Below are positions 1 through 9,020 of a stretch of 25,293 nt of DNA, in pieces. Numbering within the stretch: position 1 is the first letter of the stretch; every line of letters begins with the position of its first letter. The position numbers and the translations under genes are program-made. The stretch is taken from NCBI GenBank assembly GCA_039208735.1, contig JBCCQY010000140.1, positions 1 to 25,293 on the forward strand. The letters are read 5' to 3'. The notes under the pieces are model-generated. The model saw nothing but the letters and a program-made list of their open reading frames with translations, made no database searches and was not told the DNA's origin. This stretch comes from Myxococcota bacterium. Its GTDB lineage: Bacteria > Myxococcota_A > UBA796 > GCA-2862545.

Positions 1-199
1 ACCAGGGACACACCAAGACCGGTGTTCAGTGGTTCGTTCCGGTCTAGCTCTGCCCACTCCGACCCATGAAGATCCGCGCCACTACGTGACGATCGCGTTC
101 CGGTGGGATTCGCGGCAGACTGCCGCGTTGATACCGGATACAGCGCGGACAACTCGACCAAAGGCCGTCACGAACAGCCTCCAAGGACCTCAAATCGCC

Positions 200-2017
200 A
201 TGCCCAGCTTCCGCAACGTCGCGATCATCGCGCACGTCGACCACGGCAAGACCACCCTCGTAGACGCCATTCTCCGACAATGCCGGGCCTTCGCTGAACG
301 TGAAGAGGTCGTGGACCGCGTCATGGACTCGATGGATCTCGAGCGTGAACGTGGCATCACCATCGCGAGCAAGAACACCGCGGTGCACTACGGTGACGTC
401 AAAATCAACATCATGGACACCCCGGGCCACGCCGACTTTGGTGGAGAGGTCGAACGGGTGCTCTCGATGGTCGAAGGCGCCATCCTGCTCGTCGACGCGA
501 GCGAAGGTCCCCTGCCTCAAACGCGCTTCGTGCTGCGCAAGGCGATGGACGCAGGGCTGCGTATCCTGGTTTGTCTCAACAAGATCGACCGGCCCGACGC
601 GCGCCCCGAAGAGGTGCTTTCGGAGGTCTACGACCTCTTCATCGACCTCGATGCAGACGATTCGCAGATCGAATTCCCGGTGATCTACGCCTGTGCCCGC
701 GATGGCCAAGCCACCTTGGAACTGGACGTCCCTAGCGACAACCTTCGGCCCCTCCTCGACACGCTCGTGGCCGAGGTTCCGCCTCCAGAACCGGCTCGTG
801 ACGATGATCGGACCCAGCTCGTGGTCACGAACCTCGACTACGACAGCTACGTCGGACGCCTCGCCCTCGGTCGGCTGCGCGGCGGGGTGTTGAAGCGCAA
901 TGCGTCCGCCGTCATGTTTACCGAAGATGGCAAGAAGAACGTCCGCATCCAGATGCTCTACACCTGGAACGGCCTGAAGCGCAGCGAGGTAGACGAAGCC
1001 GTCGCGGGCGACATCGTCGCGTTCGCTGGAATCGAAGGCATCACGGTGGGCGACTCCATCGCTACCGGGGCAGACCCCGAACCGCTGCCTCGCATCACGG
1101 TCGATGAGCCCACGATCGGCATGACCATCACGATCAACAACAGTCCGTTGTCGGGCCGCGAAGGCAAATACCTCACCTCTCGTCAAATCAAGGAACGGCT
1201 GGAGCGCGAACTCATCCAAAACGTCAGCATGAAACTCGAAGGTGGCGACTCCGCCGAGACGTTCAAGCTCTACGGACGAGGCGAGTTGCAGTTGGGCATC
1301 CTTGTCGAACAAATGCGGCGAGAAGGATTCGAGCTTTCCATGTCTCGTCCGGTGGTCCGGTTCCGAGAAGACGAAGACGGAAACCTGCTCGAGCCGTTCG
1401 AGGAAGTCACGCTGGACGTTCCCGACCCGTACGTGGGCGCCATGACGCAGCACCTCGCGGCACGCAACGGAGAGATGCGGGACCTCATCACAGATGGGCA
1501 CGGTCGCACTCGGATGGTCTACAAAGTCCCGTCGCGAGGCCTGATCGGCTTCCGGTCTAGGTTGCTCACCGACACCCGCGGCGAAGGCGTGATGAACACC
1601 ATCTTCGACAGTTGGGGACCCCACTCCGGAGAGATCGCCCGACGCAGCAATGGCGCGCTCGTGGCCGATCGCTCCGGCAAGACCACGTCCTACTCGTTGT
1701 TCCATCTCCAGCCGCGCGGCGAACTGTTCGTGGGTGCAGGGACCGAGGTTTACGAGGGGATGATCATCGGCGAGCACGCTCGTGAGACCGACCTCAACGT
1801 CAATGCGGTACGTGGGAAACAGCTCACGAACTTCCGCTCTTCGGGGGCTGACGAGAAAACCGTTCTCGCACCGCCACGCCAGATGACCCTCGAAACGGCG
1901 ATGGAATTCATCGACGACGACGAATGGATCGAGGTCACGCCGACACAGTTGCGCCTTCGCAAGCGGGAACTCGCAGCGAATCAGCGTTCCATCGTGCGTT
2001 CCGGCAAGAAGGCCTGA
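200..2017 (+). CDS. typA: Translational GTPase TypA/BipA
   Basis: [18 protein letters not shown] (G1), [22 protein letters not shown] (G3), NKID (G4), [20 protein letters not shown] and the BipA C-terminal [13 protein letters not shown]...EVTP. ATG at 200 preferred to the ORF-track GTG at 29 because family similarity begins at [10 protein letters not shown]. Confidence 0.97.
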   Translation: MPSFRNVAIIAHVDHGKTTLVDAILRQCRAFAEREEVVDRVMDSMDLERERGITIASKNTAVHYGDVKINIMDTPGHADFGGEVERVLSMVEGAILLVDASEGPLPQTRFVLRKAMDAGLRILVCLNKIDRPDARPEEVLSEVYDLFIDLDADDSQIEFPVIYACARDGQATLELDVPSDNLRPLLDTLVAEVPPPEPARDDDRTQLVVTNLDYDSYVGRLALGRLRGGVLKRNASAVMFTEDGKKNVRIQMLYTWNGLKRSEVDEAVAGDIVAFAGIEGITVGDSIATGADPEPLPRITVDEPTIGMTITINNSPLSGREGKYLTSRQIKERLERELIQNVSMKLEGGDSAETFKLYGRGELQLGILVEQMRREGFELSMSRPVVRFREDEDGNLLEPFEEVTLDVPDPYVGAMTQHLAARNGEMRDLITDGHGRTRMVYKVPSRGLIGFRSRLLTDTRGEGVMNTIFDSWGPHSGEIARRSNGALVADRSGKTTSYSLFHLQPRGELFVGAGTEVYEGMIIGEHARETDLNVNAVRGKQLTNFRSSGADEKTVLAPPRQMTLETAMEFIDDDEWIEVTPTQLRLRKRELAANQRSIVRSGKKA

Positions 2018-2032
2018 GGCGTCACCAAACGA

Positions 2033-2048
2033 GCCCGACTCGTCGGGC
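2033..2048 (+). terminator. Short GC hairpin after typA (possible terminator or processing stem)
   Basis: GCCCGAC-TC-GTCGGGC inverted repeat 15 nt after the stop codon; no clear U-tract. Confidence 0.3.
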
Positions 2049-2093
2049 CGGGTTGATATTCGCCGGACAGTTCACGACGTCAGGGAGATGGAC

Positions 2094-3026
2094 GTGTCGC
2101 TGTATGGTGCGCTGGTATCGAAGGGACCGAGCGGATTCGGCTACAACTCGACGGCCGAGCAGGTCACGGAGGGCCTCGATCTCACCGGTAAGACCTACGT
2201 GGTCACCGGATGCAATTCTGGCCTGGGTGCTGAGACGGGGCGAGTGCTCGCCCTTCGCGGCGCTCGCGTCATCGGACTCGCCCGCACAAAGGACAAGGCG
2301 CTCGCTGCCGCTGCGAACTGGACGAGTGCCCCGCTTGGGGTGGCATGTGACCTGTCGGAGCCTTCGTCGGTGCGTCAGGCGGTGACCGAGGTGCGCACGC
2401 TAGGACTTCGCATCGACGGCATCATCGCCAATGCGGGCATCATGGCCCTGCCCGAGCGCCAGGTGAAACACGGCATCGAGATGCAGATGCTCACCAACCA
2501 CGTAGGACACTTCATCCTCGTCACCGGCCTGGTCGACCAGCTCGCGAGCGACGGGCGAGTGGTCATGCTCTCGAGTTCGGCGCACACGCATCCTTACCGA
2601 GAGGGCATTCGCTTCGACGACTGGTCGGCCGAGCGTGGCTACACCTCGTGGTTGGCATATGGTCAGTCCAAGCTCGCGAACCACCTTTTCGCGGTGGAAC
2701 TCACCAAGCGATTGGGGCCTGGTCAGGTCGCGAACAGCGTGCATCCCGGCGTCATCGCGACCAACTTGCTGCGCCACCAACCCGGCATTCTGCAAACGGT
2801 GGTGAAGGCCGTCACGCCCCTGGTCATGAAGTCGATTCCCCAGGGTGCGGCTACGCAAGTCTACGTGGCGGTCCATCCGGACACCGCGACCATCGAAGGG
2901 CGGTACTTTACGGATTGTCAAGTGCGAACGCCGAGTCGTCACGCGCGAGATGAGGCCATGGCCAAACGACTGTGGGAAGAGACGGCGTCCCGAGTCGCCG
3001 CCCTTACTGCGGAGTTTGCGGCTTAG
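2094..3026 (+). CDS. Short-chain dehydrogenase/reductase, WWOX/retinol dehydrogenase-like
   Basis: VVTGCNSGLG Rossmann motif, IANAGIM, NHVGHF, YGQSK catalytic YxxxK, HPGVIATNL, QGAATQVY. GTG at 2094 is well spaced from GGGAG; ATG at 2088 is the alternative. Confidence 0.92.
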   Translation: MSLYGALVSKGPSGFGYNSTAEQVTEGLDLTGKTYVVTGCNSGLGAETGRVLALRGARVIGLARTKDKALAAAANWTSAPLGVACDLSEPSSVRQAVTEVRTLGLRIDGIIANAGIMALPERQVKHGIEMQMLTNHVGHFILVTGLVDQLASDGRVVMLSSSAHTHPYREGIRFDDWSAERGYTSWLAYGQSKLANHLFAVELTKRLGPGQVANSVHPGVIATNLLRHQPGILQTVVKAVTPLVMKSIPQGAATQVYVAVHPDTATIEGRYFTDCQVRTPSRHARDEAMAKRLWEETASRVAALTAEFAA

Positions 3027-3321
3027 GTCCCCCGGGCTCGCAGATGCCGGTCCTCAGGTCGCAAGTCGCAAACGGCTCCGGTCCACAGCGGTATTCGCAA
3101 GGCCTCAAGCCCTGCTGGTAGCGATCCGCGAGTTCCGCGGCGACGCCGAGCGCCTCGGCCTGAAACCCTTGGGGCACCCCGGCGTAGCACCCAAGCGGGC
3201 AGCCTGGCGCGATGACCGCGCAGTCCGCATCAACGGAGCACGTGCCGGTCTGCTCGAGGTAGGTTCGCCAGTCGTTTTGGACCTCCACCAGCGATACGCA
3301 AGACGCGAGCATCCAGAACAC
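3004..3321 (-). CDS. Small Cys-rich putative lipoprotein
   Basis: GGAGG 8 nt upstream of GTG 3321; short hydrophobic leader with lipobox-like LASC; eight further Cys including CSVDADC and CPLGC. Overlaps the convergent SDR 3' end by 23 bp. Confidence 0.6.
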   Translation of the reverse strand: MFWMLASCVSLVEVQNDWRTYLEQTGTCSVDADCAVIAPGCPLGCYAGVPQGFQAEALGVAAELADRYQQGLRPCEYRCGPEPFATCDLRTGICEPGGPKPQTPQ

Positions 3322-3344
3322 CAAGGGAGCCTCCAACCTACATC

Positions 3345-4217
3345 CTACCGTCGCGGACCGGGAGGCAACGCGGTCTGAATGCACTGGAGCTGCTCGGATT
3401 CCCCGACGAACGAGCGGTCACAGGACTGGATGACCTCAGGCGCCCGGCCTGGTCGCTGCAACCCGAGATCGATGCAATTGAGTTCCGCGTTGGACGACAC
3501 GAACGCCCGCCCGCACGCTTCGACAACCGAAGGGCTCATGGCTGGGTCGACGACCGCTCGTCGCACGCATTCGAGTTCGTCACGCGACGACGTGAAGGCC
3601 TGGCCACACGCTTGAATGGCGGCGCCCGGATTGCGAGGCGCCTGCGCCGCAGCCGCCACGCACGCCAGCTCGCTCGCGCTTCCAACGAAGGCATGGCCAC
3701 ACGCCTCAATCGAGGACACGGGGTTCACGACATACTCAGAGGCCATTTCGAGGCATCGCAGCTCGGCCCGATCCGAGATGAAGGTTCGCTCACAGGCCCG
3801 AATCACCGACGGTTCGGCGGCCCAGGCCGGACGAGGCACCGGAGTGACCGAGGCGCGTGGCGGACGCGTGGGCTGTGGTCGAGGCGCATCCGAAACGGAC
3901 GCCACACCGACAGAAAGGGAGCGGATCGGAAGGTCCCGGACCATGCAGCCCCGCGGACACCTCACTTCGACCCACTCAATGCCACGAGGCAGCCTGGGAA
4001 ACGTCCATTGCCCACGGCGACGCCCCACCGAGGCGGGCATCGAAAATCGGCCGTTCGGAGTGACCACCACAAGCCGCACCGCCGCTCCCGCATCGATCGG
4101 CCCTCGCTCCCGGACGTAGTCGACGATGAGCGTCCGTCCGACCTGCTCCGCCTCGATCCACTCGAAGTTCGGTCCGCCACCAAAGGCCGTGGCCGCAGCT
4201 AGCGCGATTCCCCACAT
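3345..4217 (-). CDS. Secreted protein with five 31-aa Cys-containing repeats
   Basis: ATG 4217 preceded by GGGAGAG; signal-like MWGIALAAATAFG; beta-rich N-domain, Pro-rich linker, then five C-x3-F-x5-[EQ]L-x-C repeats. Confidence 0.8.
   Translation of the reverse strand: MWGIALAAATAFGGGPNFEWIEAEQVGRTLIVDYVRERGPIDAGAAVRLVVVTPNGRFSMPASVGRRRGQWTFPRLPRGIEWVEVRCPRGCMVRDLPIRSLSVGVASVSDAPRPQPTRPPRASVTPVPRPAWAAEPSVIRACERTFISDRAELRCLEMASEYVVNPVSSIEACGHAFVGSASELACVAAAAQAPRNPGAAIQACGQAFTSSRDELECVRRAVVDPAMSPSVVEACGRAFVSSNAELNCIDLGLQRPGRAPEVIQSCDRSFVGESEQLQCIQTALPPGPRR
3372..3810 (-). repeat. Intragenic 93-bp (31-aa) degenerate tandem repeat, 5 copies
   Basis: ACERTFISDRAELRC, ACGHAFVGSASELAC, ACGQAFTSSRDELEC, ACGRAFVSSNAELNC, SCDRSFVGESEQLQC at 31-residue spacing; boundaries approximate. 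Confidence 0.85.
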
Positions 4218-4271
4218 GTTCCGTCTCTCCCGGCAAGGTCGGTACCATAGACGGCCACGGTGACCTCCCAT

Positions 4272-5633
4272 TCACGCAAGCGTGGACTCCTTCTCACCAA
4301 CCGCCAAGAACAACGGTAGCAAGTGCCCCCCCATGCCGACCGTGTCGCCGGGGATCCGTTGTTCCAAGGCCGCAACCTCGTCGAAAACGCGGTCGAGTTC
4401 TGGGGAATCTTCGAGGCCCGCCACCGACGCCAACGCCTGCGGATAGCGGCGGAGTCGCCTGGCGAATCGCGCAAACGTGATCGGCTGGAGGTTGTGGGAG
4501 CCATGGATCCGCACCGCCCCGGCCACGAATCCCGCGGCGACCATCCGAGTCGGCAGCGTCGGTCCGATCGCGATTCCCGGTCGCCCGGGCGCCGCCGCTT
4601 CGCCCCCCAACCGGTGGTCAACCTGCATCGATAGGGCGTGGAACGCTGCGTTGTAGTGCTCGAGGTGGCCGCGGAAGTAGAACGTCTCCGCCAGTCCATC
4701 GGGCTCGGCGATGACGAGCCGCCCCCCGGGCCGAAGCACCCGGTACGCTTCATGAAGTACCGGGGCCGTATCTGCCATATTGGCCAAAGCACGAATGGCC
4801 ACCGCATAGTCCATGCTCTCGTCGGGCAAGGGCAATGCACCAGGATTGCCCTCGATCAAGCGCACCCGCGACATCGTGCCGCCTGATTGCTTCGCAAGTG
4901 CATCCCGCGCTTCGGCCAACCGCTCGGGCTTGCGATCCACGCCGGTCCACGACAGCTGTGGTCGCTCCGGAAGAATCGTGGACGCCGAGAGCCCTGCTCT
5001 GCAGTAGACGTCGACCATCTCCCCCGGGCCTGCGGGAATTGTCTCGAGGAGCAGGCGCGTAAACGCAGCGTCCCACCAGCCGTGTCCTTCGGCTCCCCTC
5101 AGTTTCGACGTGCGAGGAATCTCGGTCTCGGGATCGCGAATCGGAATGCCCGAAACCGAGGTGACCTCGTCGGACACCGTTCCCAAACCGGTCTCCAACA
5201 CCACGTTGTGAGCTGCGGCCTGGACCGCGAGGACCTCTTCGTAGCGTTCCTCGCTGATTCCCAATCGGACGGCGGCTTGCCGAAGGAACGACTCTTCGTT
5301 CGCCGACAGTTTGCCGTCCATCATCGCGCTTTGCAGTGCGAGTTCAAGCATGGGGATCTGCTCGTCTTCGCGCTCTCGCCGCATTTGGGCGAGGTGCGCT
5401 TCCGGATGATCGAGAACCCGCTCGATGGTGCGGTAATTCTTGATCAAGAACGTCGCAGAATCCCTGAATTTCGGGTTCGCCTGCATGCTTTGCATGCGTC
5501 GACGGCGCTTGGTGAAGGCGTCGTGGATCTCGGCATTGGGCGCCGTAGGATCAACCCCCAAATATTCGAACAGGTTGGCCGCCTGGACCAGCCGGCAGAA
5601 CGACGAGGCAACCCGCAGATCTCCGGGCTCCAT
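4272..5633 (-). CDS. J-domain-like / TerB-like / class I methyltransferase-fold fusion protein
   Basis: NLFEYLGVDPTAPNAEIHDAF (DnaJ helix I-II like, no HPD); SAMMDGKLSANEESFLRQAAVRLGIS (TerB-like); TGVDR, LPLPDESMDYAV and LHEAYRVLRPGGRLVIAEPD (Methyltransf_11-like). Confidence 0.8.
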   Translation of the reverse strand: MEPGDLRVASSFCRLVQAANLFEYLGVDPTAPNAEIHDAFTKRRRRMQSMQANPKFRDSATFLIKNYRTIERVLDHPEAHLAQMRREREDEQIPMLELALQSAMMDGKLSANEESFLRQAAVRLGISEERYEEVLAVQAAAHNVVLETGLGTVSDEVTSVSGIPIRDPETEIPRTSKLRGAEGHGWWDAAFTRLLLETIPAGPGEMVDVYCRAGLSASTILPERPQLSWTGVDRKPERLAEARDALAKQSGGTMSRVRLIEGNPGALPLPDESMDYAVAIRALANMADTAPVLHEAYRVLRPGGRLVIAEPDGLAETFYFRGHLEHYNAAFHALSMQVDHRLGGEAAAPGRPGIAIGPTLPTRMVAAGFVAGAVRIHGSHNLQPITFARFARRLRRYPQALASVAGLEDSPELDRVFDEVAALEQRIPGDTVGMGGHLLPLFLAVGEKESTLA

Positions 5634-5796
5634 GGCTCATCCCCCTTTCCACGATCCCGCCGCCAAGGTTTGTACCATGACGGCACGCACAGGCTCGCTC
5701 TGGCCCTCGGTTCACCCGCGTTTGGCCTTGTTCCACAGGCCCGGCCTCGCAGTCGAGTAAGGGCTACAGGTACACTCGACCACGACAGGAGGTCCC

Positions 5797-6858
5797 ATGA
5801 ACCTCAACGAAATCTCTGCGCTGCTTGGCGACGAAGCGGCTTCCCTGCTCGAGCACCGGTGCAAGGTCTCGGCCGACAATCTCCACTTGCCCGGCCCAGA
5901 CTTCGTCGATCGCGTGTGGTTCAATAGCGACCGTAAACCAGGTACGCTCGTGAATCTCCAACGGTTGTTCGATCACGGGCGGCTCGGAGGGTCAGGCTAC
6001 ATCTCCATCCTCCCCGTGGACCAGGGCATCGAGCACTCGGCGGCCGCGTCCTTCGCTCCGAACCCGCGCATGTTCGACCCCGAAGGCATCATCGAGTTGG
6101 CCATCGAAGGCGGCTGCAGCGGCGTGGCCAGCACGTTTGGCGTGTTGGGCACGATGGCCCGCAAGTACGCCCACAAAATCCCGTTCATCGTCAAGGTGAA
6201 CCACAACGAGCTGCTGTCTTACCCGAACCAGCATGACCAGGTCATGTTTGGCAACGTCCAGCAGTGCTTCGAGATGGGTGCCGCAGGCATCGGAGCCACC
6301 GTGTACTGGGGTGCCGACGTAAGCCGGCGGGAGCTGCAAGAAGTCTCCGAGATGTTTGCTGAGGCTCACGAACTCGGCATGTTCACCATCTTGTGGTGCT
6401 ACGTCCGCAACCCTGCCTTCAAGACGGCCCGCGGCGACCACCAGCTGTCTGGCGACCTCACGAGCCAGGCCATCCACCTTGGCGTGACGATCGGGGCCGA
6501 CATCATCAAGCAGAAGGCTCCGGTCGGCAACGGTGGCTACCTCGATCCCGAACTGCCGAACTTCGGCAAGACGCACGACAAGGTCTACAGCGACCTCACC
6601 TCCGACCACGCCATCGATCTGACCCGCTATCAGGTGATGAACGCCTACATGGGCCGCTGCGGCGTAATCAACAGCGGAGGCGCGTCGGGGCAGAACGACC
6701 TGCAGCAGGCGGTGCGAACCGCGGTCATCAACAAGCGCGCTGGCGGCATGGGGCTGATTGCGGGTCGCAAGGCCTTCCAAAAGTCGCTTGCCGAAGGCGT
6801 ACAGCTCCTCAACGCGATTCAGGACGTCTACCTCTGCAACGACGTCACCGTCGCGTAG
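5797..6858 (+). CDS. fbaB: Class I fructose-bisphosphate aldolase (FbaB/DhnA type)
   Basis: [37 protein letters not shown] (Schiff-base Lys), [35 protein letters not shown] upstream. Confidence 0.96.
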   Translation: MNLNEISALLGDEAASLLEHRCKVSADNLHLPGPDFVDRVWFNSDRKPGTLVNLQRLFDHGRLGGSGYISILPVDQGIEHSAAASFAPNPRMFDPEGIIELAIEGGCSGVASTFGVLGTMARKYAHKIPFIVKVNHNELLSYPNQHDQVMFGNVQQCFEMGAAGIGATVYWGADVSRRELQEVSEMFAEAHELGMFTILWCYVRNPAFKTARGDHQLSGDLTSQAIHLGVTIGADIIKQKAPVGNGGYLDPELPNFGKTHDKVYSDLTSDHAIDLTRYQVMNAYMGRCGVINSGGASGQNDLQQAVRTAVINKRAGGMGLIAGRKAFQKSLAEGVQLLNAIQDVYLCNDVTVA

Positions 6859-6877
6859 CTCGGGTGCGGAGGACCCC

Positions 6878-7828
6878 CTGAAGTACGCCATCGCCGGCGG
6901 GACGGGGCTGATTGGTCGCCACCTCGCGGAGCGCCTGCGCGCGCGAGGAGACGAGGTGTGGGTGCTCACCCGCAAGCGCCCCACGCACGACCACGAGGTG
7001 CAGTGGGATCCCACCAAGGGGTTCAATCCCGCGCGCCTCGACGGTCTCGATGGGTTGTTCAACCTGGTGGGCGAGCACCTCGCCGATCGACCATGGACCA
7101 AGCAGCGTCGCCGCAAGCTCGTGGCCAGCCGAGTCCAAGCGACCGAGACCCTCCTCGAGACCATGCAAGTCCTAGATCGGCCTCCAGACGTCGTGATCGG
7201 CGTCAGTAGCCTGGGGTACTTCGGCGATCGGGGCGACAGCTTCATCGACGACGACGATCCTCCGGGAACCGGTTTCCTCGCGGATCTTTGCGTCGATTGG
7301 GAACGCGCTCAACTGGCGGCGCTCGAAATCCTTGGCGCACGCACCAGTGTGTTGCGAATGAGCGTCGTGCTTGCGCCCGACGGCGGCGCTTTTCCGCTCA
7401 TGGTCCGTCCATTCCGCTACGTGGGCGGCTGGCTTGGCAACGGCCGACAATACAGCCCGTGGATCAGCATTCGAGATTGCGTGGGTGCCCTCGTTCACCT
7501 GGCTGATCACGTGGAATGCGAAGGCCCGTTCAACGGTACGATTCCCACGCCCATCACCAACAAGGCGTGGCTCCGGGCGCTCGGCCGCGTCATGCATCGG
7601 CCCGTCGCCAACATCGCTCCTAAGTGGGCCCTAAAGGGTGCATTTGGCGAACTCGCCGAGTCGTTGTTGCTCGCTTCCATTCGGGCGGTGCCGCGAAAGT
7701 TGCTCGAGTCGGGATACACGTTCGTCGATGCAGACGCCGAAGAAGCGTTTCGCTGGTTACTCCTTGAGTTCGAGGCTGATCGTAAACGACGTCGCGGCGA
7801 GCGCCGGTCGCGACGACGGTTGCGGTAA
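6878..7828 (+). CDS. TIGR01777 family NAD-dependent epimerase/oxidoreductase (YfcH-like, DUF1731 C-terminus)
   Basis: KYAIAGGTGLIG, NLVGE, SRVQAT, GFLADLCVDWE, GNGRQYSPWISIRD, PRKLLESGYTF. Probable CTG start at 6878 behind GGAGG; the ORF-track start at 6758 lies inside fbaB. Confidence 0.9.
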   Translation: MKYAIAGGTGLIGRHLAERLRARGDEVWVLTRKRPTHDHEVQWDPTKGFNPARLDGLDGLFNLVGEHLADRPWTKQRRRKLVASRVQATETLLETMQVLDRPPDVVIGVSSLGYFGDRGDSFIDDDDPPGTGFLADLCVDWERAQLAALEILGARTSVLRMSVVLAPDGGAFPLMVRPFRYVGGWLGNGRQYSPWISIRDCVGALVHLADHVECEGPFNGTIPTPITNKAWLRALGRVMHRPVANIAPKWALKGAFGELAESLLLASIRAVPRKLLESGYTFVDADAEEAFRWLLLEFEADRKRRRGERRSRRRLR

Positions 7829-7829
7829 A

Positions 7830-7862
7830 GGTTCCCCGCAACCAGGGACTGCGGGGCAAACC
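7830..7862 (+). terminator. GC-rich stem-loop between the TIGR01777 gene and ppa
   Basis: CCCCGCA (7834-7840) pairs with TGCGGGG (7850-7856), extendable by GGTT/AACC; starts immediately after the stop; no U-tract on the plus strand. Confidence 0.4.
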
Positions 7863-7902
7863 AGGGCCATGGGTTACCGAGCGCACAGGCCTGGAGCGCC
7901 CT

Positions 7903-8454
7903 TTGTCTGCACACCCCTGGCACGATCTTCCCAACAACCCCGACACGGCCGAAGAGTATTTCAACGTCGTCATCGAGATCGCGAGGGGCTCACGGGTCAA
8001 ATACGAACTCGACAAGCCCACCGGACTCATGCGGGTCGATCGCGTGCTCTACAGCGCGGTCCACTACCCCTGTAACTACGGGTTTCTTCCGCGAAGCTAC
8101 TGCGATGACGGCGATCCGCTCGACATTCTCGTGCTTGGCGACGAGCCGGTAATTCCCGGCGCGATCATGCAAGCTCGCGCGATTGGCGTCATGAAAATGC
8201 TCGATCAGGGCAAGGCCGATGACAAGATCATCGGCGTTCATGTCAACGATCCGGCCGTCACTGGCTACCGTTCCATCACGCAGCTTCAACAGCACAAACT
8301 CGACGAAATTCGTAGGTTTTTCCAGGACTACAAAGCGCTCGAAGACAAGGACGTCGAGGTGGAAGAGATCCTGGGACCTGTCGAAGCGCTCGTTTCGGTT
8401 CGTGACTCCTTCAAGTTGTACCGAAAGGAAGAGAACCGACTTCGCGGCTGGTAG
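7903..8454 (+). CDS. ppa: Family I soluble inorganic pyrophosphatase
   Basis: VIEI.RGSRVKYELDK, DRVLYSAVHYPCNYGFLP, DDGDPLDILV, DDKII, FFQDYKALE; TTG start with GGAG upstream. Confidence 0.96.
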   Translation: MSAHPWHDLPNNPDTAEEYFNVVIEIARGSRVKYELDKPTGLMRVDRVLYSAVHYPCNYGFLPRSYCDDGDPLDILVLGDEPVIPGAIMQARAIGVMKMLDQGKADDKIIGVHVNDPAVTGYRSITQLQQHKLDEIRRFFQDYKALEDKDVEVEEILGPVEALVSVRDSFKLYRKEENRLRGW

Positions 8455-8567
8455 TCGTCGATCGCTCGCGTGGAGCTTCCCGCAGTTGCACAACGGAGTG
8501 CTCCGGATAGCTGGGACCAGTCTCGCGACCAGCGACGGGCGACCCGATTGCCCCCTGGAGGCCCCGC

Positions 8568-8975
8568 ATGGACCAGTATTCGAGTCCCGACCCCGAAGTA
8601 ATGGCCTTCGAGCGCGGCCAAATGCAATTCGTCCGCTACGCGACGATCCTGCTGTGGGTCCTCGTGACCCTCGATATTCTCGGCTTCCTTGGCGCCATTG
8701 CCGGCGCTATCGGCCTCGGGCTCAACGTCGATGACCCGACCGAACTCATCGGTCAGCTCGTGGGCATTGTCTGCCTTGGCCTGATGTTGTTGGTCTTTGC
8801 CGTGCCCCAAATCGCTGCGGCCATCGGCTTGCGCAGCGGCTCAAAGTGGGCCTGGTACCTCACCATCGGCATTGGAGCGCTCTACGTGCTTTCGTGCTGC
8901 AATGTCTTGTGGGGCGCCGCGTTGTTGTTCTTCATGCTCAACGACGAAGTACGCACGACGTTCCAGGAAATCTAG
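8568..8975 (+). CDS. Hypothetical integral membrane protein (3-4 TM)
   Basis: GGAGG RBS; several hydrophobic helices; C-terminal LLFFMLNDEVRTTF. Confidence 0.75.
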   Translation: MDQYSSPDPEVMAFERGQMQFVRYATILLWVLVTLDILGFLGAIAGAIGLGLNVDDPTELIGQLVGIVCLGLMLLVFAVPQIAAAIGLRSGSKWAWYLTIGIGALYVLSCCNVLWGAALLFFMLNDEVRTTFQEI

Positions 8976-9020
8976 CGATCTGTCTTCCGCGATGGCCGGG
9001 CGCCCGGATATCGCGGTTGC

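Noticed and set aside
16..148. Short inverted repeats upstream of typA (AGACCGG/CCGGTCT; CCGCGTTG/CAGCGCGG) as a riboswitch or ncRNA
   Set aside because: Short stems are expected at this GC level and match no RNA family I recognise.
44..1777. 577-aa minus-strand ORF
   Set aside because: Antisense shadow of typA, typical of high-GC codon bias; no motifs.
4887..7245. 346-aa (+, 4887-5927) and 417-aa (-, 5992-7245) ORFs
   Set aside because: They overlap well-supported genes on the opposite strand and have no recognisable motifs.
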